Shown: positions 38,335 through 49,924 of the stretch, piece by piece
How positions within the stretch are numbered: position 1 is the stretch's first letter
How the letters are laid out: the number at the start of each line of letters is the position of its first letter
Assembly: GCF_001447785.1 (NCBI RefSeq)
Contig: NW_015173130.1
Coordinates: forward strand, 20,924-84,923
From: Gekko japonicus
Lineage: Eukaryota
Direction of reading: 5' to 3'
DNA: 64,000 nt
Notes under the pieces: model-generated
What the model was told of the DNA's origin: nothing
The model's input: only the letters and a program-made list of their open reading frames with translations
The model's database searches: none
Program-made: the position numbers and the translations under genes

Positions 38335-39050
38335 GCCATAGCAAACAGGACCCACTGTAACTCTCCCCACCCCCCAATCATTTCAAACAGCCTTGCGTAC
38401 AAGCCTCATAGAAATGGGGGACAGTGAGAGCATCAAAGAGGCCTTTATTCTTTAATGACTTTATGAGATTCTTTACTGCATCTCTTTAGGGATGAGGAAT
38501 TCATTTGTAACTCAAGAAAACCCAGCGCTGCCTGAACTGAAGGTAATTGCCATCTACAAAGCAAGAGAGTCTCACTCAGCTATATGAAGGCCAAAAAGCG
38601 AATACATTGTGGATTTGATGCTGGCTGTTGTTGTTCTTTACTGTTTGGCTGTCCCTTCAACTGCCTTTTTTTTTTTTGGCAGAGAAGCAGCTTATAAATA
38701 CTTGAAGACCAGTCAAATAAATCACAGAGTTTCATAGCAATCCTGTTGGGGTCTATTTGTCCCCTCCCTCCTAGCTTCTGCTGCTCCATTTTTCTCTCAC
38801 TCTTCCTGGCAATGTCTAATTTTATCCAAGAGGTGAAAAAGTGAAGTCATTGTGTGGTGCCTTCCCCTTTCCTGGCTCAGATCACTGGCTGTAGATAGTG
38901 GGGGGGGGGGGCAGGAGAACATCTTGCAGCATGACATCATGTCACCCACTGTGCTGAAACCAGACATTACAGAGAAGAGAAGGAAACACAGAGGACTGTT
39001 GACCCACATTTCTTATAATACTAACAGAGAGAGAAAAGTCAGAGAACTAC

Positions 39051-39103
39051 CTTTGTAGCAGGCCTGGTGCTGTTGGAGGAGTCATCCCAAATTCCATGTA
39101 TCT
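39051..39103 (-). CDS. KIAA1549: KIAA1549 small exon (RYMEFGMTPPTAPGLLQR)
   Basis: Homologous to human RYEDYGMTPPT; acceptor cttcttctag, donor AG|gtagtt; 53 nt, phase 0-2. Confidence 0.9.
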
Positions 39104-40953
39104 CTAGAAGAAGATCATGGTATTAAAACACAACAAAAACAAGTGTCCTTTTTAAGCATCTTTAGATCTACAATAGTAAGAGATTAATCTGATTTATACA
39201 CAGGAATGTATGCTAAATTAAGTGAGAATTTAATTTAAGGTTTGGGGGAGAATTTTATAAATAAATATGAATTATGTTAGTCTTCTGGTTTTATATGATG
39301 AGGAGTCACTATGGTGGACCCATACATTTCACAAGAATGGGGGGATTTGCAGGACTCCTGGAATTATGCCTCTTAGTTCACAGCATCCAGATATGGGTAC
39401 TTTCCCACTTATAGAATAAACCAGTGGCTATCAACCTGTCTTCTAAACAGCAGCTTCCCCTCCTCACAATATTAATCAAAGAACAATTCAGCCATAGAAC
39501 ACATAATGCCAAAAAATCACTGACACTCATTCGTGTAAATTGTTCACAGCCAGTTTCGTGGGCATGCTCAGGCAAGGAACTGCTGGTGAGTCCTGTTAAC
39601 CATTTTAGGCAAGAGCAAGGGGGAAAGAATAAACTTAACACATAAAGCTGTCTCATGCTTTATTGTATTTATTTACTTCGTTTACACCCTGCCTTTCTCC
39701 TCAATGGGGAACTAAAGCAGCTTACATTCTTCTCCTCTCCTCCATTTTATCGTCGTGACAACCTTGGGAGGCAGGTTAGGTTGAGACTGTGTGACTGGCC
39801 CAACGTTACCCAGCAAGCTACATGGTAGACTGGGGATCTGAACCCGGGTGAACCTTGTAAGCTGCTTTGGCTCCTCATTGGGGAGAAATGTGAGGTATAA
39901 ATATATCTAAATACATAAATAAAATAGAACTCCTCAGTGGATCCGCTGTTGACATCAGAACATGGCAACTACCCCCCTGTGTGGTCTCAGGAGACTGGCT
40001 GGACACTTGGGAATGGCTAGGGACAATCCTTAAAGTGTGCAGGGGGAAAGGTGGAGGGGGGACACTGGACTAGATAGATCCAGAAAGGCTTGTTTTATGG
40101 TTTTAATCCTCTTACACAGGGGCTTGATGAAGCGCAGGGGTGAGCCACTGTAAGCAGAATTGGCTTGTTTTTGTATCACCACCACATACAGTCATGTTCT
40201 CTGCATTGTGGCCACTGCATAAAAGTAGACTGTCACAATCCAGGATGGTCAAAGTGCCAAGACCTGCAAAGGACCTTGAACTCCAGCAAAGCAGCAATGA
40301 AATGTTTATGCAAGCTCAGGAAGGGTTCTGGCTTTGTTTTCTACAGAGATGTATTATAAAGATGCAGCGCAGCACTGCATGAGAATGCTATCCACCAGCA
40401 AGCCAGTCAAAAGACGTACACAGCAATGCTAATGTTCTCTGCTCCGTAAGCTAATAAAACAGGGACCTGGCTCAAGGTGGAGGCCACCTTGTTTTGTAGA
40501 TTCTGGGGTGCCCAGTGAGCTTTGAATAATACTTTCCAGATATAAAACCTGTAATCAAAAGTGGCTGGGGTTGTTTTATTTTTGTCTTGCTGAGCACAGC
40601 TATACCCATTCTGCCCCCTCCACGTTGCCCAATTAACTCTGGCAGTGTCCTCAATCAGTGTTTTGACTGTAGGGTTTTTTCCTATTTATCTATTGCACTT
40701 TCATTAATGCCAGATGTAGATGAAAGACTAGGAGGCTTTAAGATGGGATGTCAAGCGGTCACTTTCCCTTCACATTACACAAATTGTACAATTATTTTTA
40801 CCCCACCCTGAATCTTTGGAATACCATGGGTTACAAACATAAGCAAGCAAATGAATAAATAAAACAACTGAAAGCACAGCAAACAGCAACAGATGCTAGG
40901 CATTTCTGCAACCTTTAAAACTGCACCACTGCGGTCTTGAAATGGCTGCTTAC

Positions 40954-41221
40954 TGTGTGTGTCGGGCCATATGGAGACCCCCACTGGCTGCCTGAGGTCT
41001 CTCTTGCTGCTCGGACAGGTGTGTTGTTTGTTGGCTGTCCCCCTGAGCCTCCAGGGTGCGTGATGGCAGCAGAACTGGTGGTTTGGCTACTGGGGGCCAC
41101 CAGGGCAAAGGCATCATCCAAGAGAGAATGCATTGTCTGCCGGGCCTCTTCAATGGAGGGCTGAGGAGGGGTGTACTGAGATGGGTGCGGGGGCAGGCCT
41201 GAGTACTTCCCCAGCTCAGTC
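40954..41221 (-). CDS. KIAA1549: KIAA1549 internal exon, 5' part lost in N-gap (...TELGKYSGLPPHPSQYTPPQPSIEEARQTMHSLLDDAFALVAPSSQ...GPTHT)
   Basis: Conserved PQPSIEEARQTMHSLLDDAFALVAPSS; donor ACA|gtaagc in phase 0 (exact 3' boundary less certain); acceptor falls in gap 41222-41273. Confidence 0.9.
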
Positions 41222-42246
41222 NNNNNNNNNNNNNNNNNNNNNNNNNNNNNNNNNNNNNNNNNNNNNNNNNNNNTCAGCTAAGTGAGACCACTACTTTAGC
41301 AGCAGTAAACATTCCACTACCTAAGGATAAAACCAAACAGGTTAAGCACTTGTGAAAGTGTTTTTCCTCTCACAAAGGGGAGACTTAAGTTGCTGACAAG
41401 GTGTGGAAGGGATTGGATTAAATACCCTGTCCTCCAGCAACTCTTCATCGGTCTTCAAACCAGCCATGTGGGCTTAGAAACACCCCCCCCCCAAATCTGT
41501 GAGACAAGATCCTAATCACTCTTCTCATGTGTTGTTTGAAACGAGGCAGATTAACTTGCTACAGTGGTGATATTTGTAGGTCATATTTTTCACAGTTCAT
41601 ATCTACAGAGATTAGCTCATCAACAATACTTCCTCATCTGGAGCAGGCAGGTGGTGGATTACTACATATCCCAGAACAAGTGCAATCACCTATTTTGCAC
41701 ATTATACTAATCTTGGGCCCGCACCTTTTCTACACGGAAGTGAAGTCTGAAGTACTGTATGTGCAAGGGGTTTCCCCCTCCCCCAAAGGGGAGGCATGCA
41801 AACAAATGAAAATCCCCTGAATAAAGTCTCTAGGTCAGAGAACTTCATTTACTTCAAGCTGAGGACCAATTCGCACATCTGCATGCCTGTGGGAACGTGA
41901 TCGATCCAGTCTCTGCCTTGGCCTCAGACTTCCAAGTTGGGTCTGCTAACACTGTTTTGGATGGGTTTGCCCTGTGAATTAACCCTCAAGCCTACAAAGC
42001 CACCTTCTCAAGCAGCTGATTACACTTGCCCTGTTTAGTATTAAATGAATTCAAGACAGGGCTGTAAACAAGGTAGCTCAAAATGCCTCTGGAAAACCAG
42101 AGATAGTTTTGCATAATCATTCTTTGCATTATGCAGATTCAAGACAGCAACACTACTTGCTTCTAGAGAAGCAGATGTCTTCGCTCCACCCTACAATTTA
42201 TCATAAAGTGCTGCTCTCCCCACCCACCCCTAAAAGCCAAACGTAC

Positions 42247-42391
42247 AATGTATGCAGAGTTGTTAACTCCTGGAGGCCTCTTGTAGGTCCCATCACTGTC
42301 AGTAGTGATCAACCTGTCCTTGTCTGCATCCATCGGGCTTCCATTTAGCTGATGTCTCCGGCGTTGCCTTGGGGACCGTTTAGCCCGTGAA
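42247..42391 (-). CDS. KIAA1549: KIAA1549 internal exon (SRAKRSPRQRRRHQLNGSPMDADKDRLITTDSDGTYKRPPGVNNSAYI)
   Basis: Conserved KDRLITTDSDGTY.RPPGV.NSAYI; acceptor tctttgtag, donor ATT|gtacgt; 145 nt, phase 2-0. Confidence 0.95.
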
Positions 42392-42662
42392 CTACAAAGA
42401 CATTGAAAAAAAGTTAAAACCTGTTTTCCAACTTACTAGGATAGGCCTTCAAAACTGGAACTGTGGGTCCCTGCTGCACCAAGCCTTTTCTTAATATGTT
42501 TGAGAGGCGTAGTGGTGTAGTGGTTAGAGTGTCGGACTGGGATCTGGGAGACCCAGGTTCGAGTCCCTGCTCAGCCATGGAAGTTCACCGGATGACCTTC
42601 GGCCAGTCATACACTCTCAGCCTAACCTACCTCACACGGCTGTAGTAGTGAGGATAAAGAAT

Positions 42663-43032
42663 GGTGTGAGTCACCCAGCGGAGAGAAATGCAAGTTTATA
42701 AATGAAGATAACAATAACATGAGCATACTACAGAGTCTGTAGAGTCTGAATCACACAAAAGCCTCTCTGAGTTGGTAATATAGTAATCTTAGAGGGGCAA
42801 ACTTGAACAAAATGAGAGAGAAAGAAAAATCCTACACCGTTGTTGCTGGTGTGAGTCACCCAGCGGAGAGAAATGCAGGTTTATAAATGAAGATAACAAC
42901 AACATGAGCATACTACAGAGTCTGTAGAGTCTGAATCACACAAAAGCCTGTCTGAGTTGGTAATATAGTAATCTTAGAGGGGTAAACTTGAACAAAATGA
43001 GAGAGAAAGAAAAATCCTGCACCGTTGTTGCT
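42663..43032. repeat. Tandem duplication, 2 x 185 bp
   Basis: 42663-42847 is repeated at 42848-43032 with about five substitutions. Confidence 0.92.
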
Positions 43033-43631
43033 GTTTTTTTCATTTGGTTCCATCCAATGGGCCCACAATGTAGCTTATGATATCATGGGGGGGGGGGTGG
43101 GTTTGATGGCATCTAAAACTGTCTGAGTTAAATCTAACAACAACTGGCTCAAAACTACTCAAATGTGTACACAACATGGCCAAAAGAGGAACAGCAAACA
43201 GATTAAAATTATACTAAAACAGTCTTGACATGTTTCCGGAAGACTGGTGGTGAGGTTAAGCACACAGAGGAGGCTGTTCCTGCAAAGCCCTTCTCCTAGG
43301 AGATGCCAACCATGACACAAGCAAGGAAGGCATGCAGCGAGATCTTCATGCCCCACTGAGATTTCTTTATGGGACAAAGTACTCTCTGAGATACTGTGAA
43401 AACACTGCCCAGGAGGGGCCCGTTAAAAACAACAAATACTAAATTCTTACTCCTCAGAGCCCAGGATCTCATGCACACTGCTATGCATAATTCTTTCCAC
43501 CTTTTGCAAATGAAGATGATTGCTGTAAACATAAACCTTAGCTGACCTTATAAATCTAAATGACAGCATAGTTTGCACACTTCCACATGCACAGAGAATG
43601 GTCTCCGTCTCCAGCTCTATATCATTGTTAC

Positions 43632-43855
43632 CTCTTCCTGGGCTCTATGAAGACAGTCGGCATATTGCCTCCAGGGTCCAAGATCTTGTCTATCTGCATC
43701 TGTGCCTTGCGGTACATTCTCTGCTGCTCTTTGGTGTCGATGATAATCATGTCATCTACAATCGGAAACTCGTAATGTCCTTTGCGCTTGGCTCGAAGTC
43801 GGATCTTGTTGCGGTGATGCTCTATTTCAGATTTATGCCTCAGGGCTGTTTGGAT
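43632..43855 (-). CDS. KIAA1549: KIAA1549 internal exon (IQTALRHKSEIEHHRNKIRLRAKRKGHYEFP...VFIEPRKS)
   Basis: Highly conserved KIAA1549/KIAA1549L peptide; acceptor attttaaag, donor AG|gtaaca; 224 nt, phase 0-2. Confidence 0.96.
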
Positions 43856-45719
43856 CTTTAAAATAAAAACAAAAGCATTATAAATATACTCTAGAACACA
43901 AAACGTTTCTCAGTTCTGTGGCAGAGGATTGTGTGGAAGGGGAGAAACGTAAGATGATAAATGTTAAAAGCACACGTCTCAATAACACCCTGATGTCTCG
44001 GTCTCCAGACTATAATTCACCAGCAGAATTTCCAGGTAGAAGAATGATTGCGCACAGCATGATGATTAACAGAGCAAGGGCAATTAGAGAGAGAGTGCAG
44101 AGTGTGAATAAAAATGCATGACAAATAGCAAATTATATCTCATGCAGGCTGCCATAAAATTGAACAGCAGCAAGAAAATGAGAAGGGAACCAGATTTTAG
44201 TATCTGCTTGTATGGCAGAACTGAAACTTGGGAGGCACACCTAAAGTTTACACAGGAATAAATTTAGTGTATAGTGTACTATCTGCCTCAACAGAGCTTA
44301 CTCCATGTATTTCTGTATAAGTTACTGCTCTGGACAAGCCTCCTTTGAATGCAGATAATTCTACTACATCTCTGTGTTGGGAGTGAATGAATGATACAAT
44401 CATGCATGGGTGTGGCAGAATCACTTACCCCAGAAGAGGCCGAGTGGAAGGTCAGATCAGTGAATCATACAGAGGCACAGTACGTGTTTCCTGTGTCCTG
44501 TTTGTGGTTCCTCCAGTCATCAATGTCTAGGTTTTTAAAAGGGGGCTATGAACTTTCCCCCTTTCCTTAAGATATTTCCTATTGTAATTTGGTTAATGGG
44601 TCTTTTCCAAGAACAGAGGAATGCATATTATCAGGCAAGCCATTATCTTTAGATATATTGGCACTGAGCTTATGCTCTGTTGGCTGCCCTCCAACTCTGA
44701 ACCCCAGTCACACATGCACAAATGTACATATATATTTGCCTCGGTCTGCAAGGCCTTACAAGTGTGGGGACTCAAATGCCATACGAGTTTCTTAGCCCAC
44801 AAGGTCTTGTGGAAATGAATGGGAAGCTAATGCAAAATTGTTAAATCAATGTAGCTGGAGAAACAAACAAATGGAGAGACTATTCATATAGCTGCACTGA
44901 TCTCTTATCTTTCCTATGCATGCGCCCCTGTCATTTTGTACTCTCTCTCTTTCCTCTCATCCAGAGCAATTTTGCCAAAACTGCTGCTGCTGGGAGCAAG
45001 GGAGAAGCATGCTACTCTGTGACCCACAGCTCTGACATCTACTAGCAAGTGTTCTCATATTTTCTACCCCAGGTTGATGAGGAATGCACAGTGGTGGCAC
45101 AGTGGGTATATCCCACTGTCTTAACATCTGAACTGTGTTAGTTCGAGCCCCGCGCTGGTGTGAGCAGCCAGCCTGTTGTCCCCAGCTCATCGTCCATACA
45201 GCGATTCAAAAGCTTCGGCGAGTAGATAAAATGGGAACCACTCCTTAGAGAGGGTGGGCACACCAATCTCCCTTGTGGGAGGGTGTTAGCTGACGGCCAG
45301 ACGTCCTGGTCGAGGTTCGGAAAAGGCAAAAAAACCTTCTTGGCTACAAAGAATCCCTGCAGTGGATGTTCTGGCCAGGCGGTGGCAGTGTGGCGATTGA
45401 CATACGGGTCCTGAAGCCTGGTCAACAAGCATTCGTGCGGAAAACGACGGAGCCAAGCCAGTAGACGTCTACACCGGGCAGTGACGGCGTGTGCAATTAA
45501 ATGAATATATGTTGTCTTCCCTATCCCCTACAAACATTGTTAGTCATAAGAACATAAGAACATAAGAGACGCCAATGTTGGATCAGGCCAAAGGCCCATC
45601 CAGTCTGTGTCACACAGTGGCCAGAAATACCAGTGCCATCAGGAGGTCCACCAGTGTCTATATTGAATAACTGTACATCGCTTTGAGCCCACTGGGGAAA
45701 GCGATTAATAAATGGAAAG

Positions 45720-45741
45720 TATTATTATTATTATTATTATT

Positions 45742-45787
<46 letters not shown>
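45720..45787. repeat. Compound (ATT)n(ATC)n microsatellite
   Basis: Directly visible. Confidence 0.95.
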
Positions 45788-45789
<2 letters not shown>

Positions 45790-45878
45790 GGTTTTCTAGA
45801 AGCTAGAACACAGAGAAGTAGTTTAGTTGGAAATGGGAGTGTCTATGACCTTTGAGGCGCCTTAACAAAACTCTAGAT

Positions 45879-46263
45879 CAAGGGTGTCAAACATAAGGCC
45901 CAGGGGCCAGAACCAGCCTTCCCAGGCCTCTTACCCAGACTGCAAACAACTGGTATGTATGGAAATGTAAGGTACTCCCCCTTTTATGGTATCTCCTGGA
46001 AAAAAAACTAGTCTTGATTAAATACATTTATTGGGGCTTTTGTGGGCTCCCCAGTAAATCAATTGCTTTCACTGCTAGAAATCAATTGCTTTTGTTTGTA
46101 TTTTGAGTAAAAATTAATATTGTTTATTTGGTTTGTCTGTGTCCTTTATGAAGTCTATATCTCTGGTACCCGATGTTACATTTTATGGCATACATGGCCC
46201 AGCACAACAAAATGACATTTATTTCTGATCCGACCCTTGTAACAAATGAGTTTGACACCTCTG
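45879..46263. mobile_element. hAT-type MITE
   Basis: TIRs caagggtgtcaaac / gtttgacacctctg; 8-bp TSD ctctagat. Confidence 0.88.
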
Positions 46264-46511
46264 CTCTAGATTCTTCAACTTCTACAGGCCAAGGCCTATG
46301 TCAGTTTTATACCAATTTAACCATCATGCCATTTTCTCAAAGAATCCTGGGAACTTGGTAAGAACCTCTGTTAATAACTCCCTCTCCCCAGGGAATCCTA
46401 GGAACTGCAGTTCTTTGAGGGGAGCTAGGAATGTCTATTCAACCAGGTTATACATATATTCTGTGGGAAGCTTATAGTCTCTCCAACTCAACTCTTCATA
46501 AAATGCATTAC

Positions 46512-46717
46512 CTCCTTGTTAATTTTGTTGGTCTCTGCTACTCGGTCAGACAGTGGTTGGTTCTGAACTGGAGGTGCTGCAATGGGCTGCATGGCAATCA
46601 ACTGGATCTTGTTGGGGACTCTCCTGCTGACTTCTGAGGATCGTGACATTCTGTCCACGTGCTCAAAGATGGAGGCTGAGGAGTGTTGCTCTGTTCCATT
46701 ACTCAACTGTGGAGGGC
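46512..46717 (-). CDS. KIAA1549: KIAA1549 internal exon (GPPQLSNGTEQHSSASIFEHVDR...AETNKINKE)
   Basis: Conserved EQHSSASIFEHVDR and KIQLIAMQP motifs; acceptor tttaaatcag, donor GAG|gtaatg; 206 nt, phase 1-0. Confidence 0.95.
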
Positions 46718-46846
46718 CTGATTTAAAAAAACAAATGTAAGGTAGAGATCACTGTCACTCTAATAATATTAAAGACCCAGGGTATAAGTGGAGGAAGAAA
46801 ACCTTGCTGAAGCTAAGTCTAGGTTGTTTTGATGGAAGCTTTATAT

Positions 46847-47940
46847 TTCATTTCTAACTTTATTGGCATAAAAGATGCTGATAAATTACTATCAAGAATA
46901 AATACAAAGGTCTGATAGATGATAAGAACAGAGACGTAAAACAGTTAATTAAGATAGTGACCAATAATACAGATCAAGTATGTATTTAAATTAATAAAAC
47001 ATAAGAAATAAATAGGAAAAATAGGTGTCCAACAATTAAGATACATTTTCATTTTATAAACTTCAGCTAAAATTTGGCAACATATGTAGTGATTTGAGAG
47101 GTGACATCTTCTAAAAGATAAATTAAACTGTTTCCCTTAATGAAGACACTATGCTGGAAGTATTTAGACAGAAATTGTTTACATTATAAAGCAAGGAGGG
47201 GACACTCTAAAATGATATGGAATAAAGAATCAAGAGTACCTAATTCACATGGACAAAACCTATTTTGAGAAGGTATTTGCCTAAATCTACTAAAAAGGAC
47301 TACCGATGGAAAAGCATTTAAACGGGCCAAAGTAAAGGCTCAGCGCTGGAATGGGGAATCCCATTCCACGCCTTTGATATATACCTAAATTAGCTGCAGA
47401 ACAGACAGGGGGTGCGAAGGGAACACTTTTTGGAATTCATGATCCATAAGCATTAGTTGAATTATTCTTAAAATATATGATTTGTCGCATAAAAGAAAGG
47501 AATCTACCACAATCCCTTGAAGTTTGTTAATGAATATAGAAAACCAAACAGTGCTGTGTTGATCTTTCATTAAGTGGGATAATAAGCTTCCGGGTTCAGA
47601 TCTAAAATGAATTTTTAACCAGTATTTGAAAGCCATAATCCAAACCCTAGTTTCCAAAAGGTAAAGACCCAACTCCGCACATATAGATGAATGGGGAACA
47701 CATTTGGGAACTCCCTCATAATCTGCAGAAAGAAGCATGATTGTACCTCCTCCATGCAAAAATTAAAGGCTTTAATTCACAAGGAGGGAGATTTTTTGCA
47801 TTATAGATTTTCAAGGCTGCTGAGATGAACTGATGACCTCCTAAAAACTAAAACTTTTTAATTTGCGCCAGAAAGCATTTCACTAAGTTTATAGTTCTGT
47901 TATGGTGCTCTGGCCATCCAAGGATGTAATGCCAGGTACT
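46847..47940 (-). mobile_element. RTE-X-like LINE 3' fragment flanked by a ~140-bp direct duplication
   Basis: GVPKCVPHSSICAELGL...FKYWLKIH and FTLARLNAFPS...RFCPC...HIILECP; aataaa plus tgaaat tail. Confidence 0.75.
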
Positions 47941-48412
47941 CTGTGGAGGGCCTGAATTAGAAGGACAAAAGCAAGGTAGAAATCACTGCCACTCTAATAA
48001 TCTTAAAGGCCCAGGGTATGAGTGGAGGATGAGAACAGCTTACTGAAGCTAAGTCTAGGTCTGGGCCATTTTGATGGAAGCTTTATATACACCTGGAATT
48101 CCATGATGGAAGAAAGGAAGGAATATTACTGTAATCTTTCTATATAATAATTGTGTTTTGGGGTGACACTTTGCAGCTCTCCCATTGGTTGTACAATGCG
48201 CTCCCTCAGCTATTGGCCCATCAGCTCCCACTCAAAAGTACTCGCGTGCCATTGGCCGGGTGCTGGGTCTGGCTCCTCTTCCCAGCGCACTCCCCCTTCA
48301 GCCACTGTGCCCTGTCAGAATTACTGGCAAACGGCTTTCTCTCTTGATGGAGGCGCTTCTCCTGCTTGCCTCCTACGTGGGACAAACTTTTCACTCAGTG
48401 GCTGTTGGTAGG

Positions 48413-49140
48413 TGTAACGAAATGGCAGTTACCTGTGTTTGTATGATGGCTGCCATGTGGCTGTTTGTTTAAAACGTTCCCTCATAAGGTTTAATTGAGC
48501 TGTAGTTCCAGAGAGGGGCCTGCAGGATTATCACTCACTGGGTTGAATGGGGCTTCTTCATCTGCTGGGCTACAGTTCCCAGATGCCCCAAGGCCAAAAA
48601 GTGTGGGAAAAGAGAGACCATCACAAGGGGCAGGGCAGCATCAATATAGACTCCATCCCATCCCAGGAGAAGGCAGTCTTCATCCTATGGGAGGTTAGGA
48701 AAGGCTCCTGCTGCCTGTACTGACAAGGCTGTCCAGGCCAGAAGCCACAGATGTGGGGGCGGCAGCAGAAATTCAGCCACTCCACAGTCGGCTGGNNNNN
48801 NNNNNNNNNNNNNNNNNNNNNNNNNNNNNNNNNNNNNNNNNNNNNNNNNNNNNNNNNNNNNNNNNNNNNNNNNNNNNNNNNNNNNNNNNNNNNNNNTTCC
48901 CTGCACACACCCTCCAGAGGTAGAGAGTATTGTGTGTAGGCAAAGAGGATTGCGTTTAACTCCTGTTGATTTATGCCCTGATGGTTCATAGTGTGTGCTT
49001 ACTCCTAAAGTTCTGCCTTATTCATTTAGTGTGTGTGTGTACTCCATAATTGTGTAAATAGTTAAATAAATTCTTTCATTTGGGCTACTAATCTGTGTTG
49101 TGCTCTGACCACATAGTCTTTCCCGCTCTGCACAATAACA
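48413..49140 (+). mobile_element. Solo LTR (Gypsy-like), contains N-gap
   Basis: TGTAACG...ATAACA termini; AATAAA near the 3' end; flanks tagg/aagg. Confidence 0.6.
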
Positions 49141-49180
49141 AAGGGAGGGGGTAGCCCAAGGAAGCAAGTAAAGGCCAGAC

Positions 49181-49924
49181 TAGGGGTGTGCAAAAAAAAA
49201 AAAATTGTCCCATTCAGATTCGGCCAAATCGGGCAGAATCAATTTTGGCTGGCAATAAGACTCCTGCATGTCAGTCCCATCAGTACCAGCCGATTCGGGA
49301 GTCTTTTGGCCAGCCGAAAATCAATTTCAGCCCCATTATATCCTATGGGCCATTGAAGTCAATGGTAAAAACATAGGGTATATTCTGGGGGCTGGAGGGA
49401 AGGGGGCTTGAGGGAGAGACTCCAAACTCTCAGGGTAGCTGCTGGAGCCTCTCCCCAAGATACCAACCAAGTTTCAAGAGCATTGGAACAGGGGGTCCAA
49501 TTCTACAGGCCCTCAAACAGGTTACCCCTATCCCCTCCATTGTTCTCTATGGTGGGAAAAAGTTACAAGCCAGTTGGGTGTAGTGGTTAAGTGTTCGGAC
49601 TCTAATCTGGGAGAACCAGGTTTGATTCCCCACTCCTCCACTTGCACCTGCTGATGTGACCTTGGGTCAGTCACAAGCTCTGGCAAAGCTGTCCTTGAAA
49701 AAGAGCAGTTTATGTCAGAGTTCTCTCAGCCCCACCCACCTCACAGGGTGTCTGTTGTGGGGAGGGGAAGGGAAAGGAGTTTGTAAGCCACTCTGAGACT
49801 CCAAGTCAAGGGCGGGGTAAAAATCCAATCTCTTCTCTTCTTCTATGTTTTCGCCATTGACTTCAATGGCCCATATAGGATATAAGGGGGGCGAATTGCC
49901 GCTGAAATTCGGCAGCAATTCGGA
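49181..49924. mobile_element. DNA-transposon-derived MITE (taggggtgtgc terminus) interrupted by a SINE and an L1
   Basis: attcgg/ccgaa subrepeats; inverted ccattgaagtcaatgg / ccattgacttcaatgg. Confidence 0.6.
49568..49844 (+). mobile_element. tRNA-derived SINE (Squam3-like)
   Basis: Box A tgtagtggtt and box B ggtttgattcc; (TCT)n tail. Confidence 0.85.

Noticed and set aside
40488-40548. Possible extra KIAA1549 exon (acceptor ttttgattacag)
   Set aside because: Weak donor, phase-incompatible, and no similarity to KIAA1549
42508-42575. tRNA-like sequences (also 735, 49568, 53009, 53910)
   Set aside because: Box A/B continue into SINE bodies and there is no intact cloverleaf
44429-44526. Possible poison exon on - (strong GGG|gtaagt donor)
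   Set aside because: Weak acceptor, 98 nt with an in-frame stop, no homology support; isolated consensus donors are common by chance
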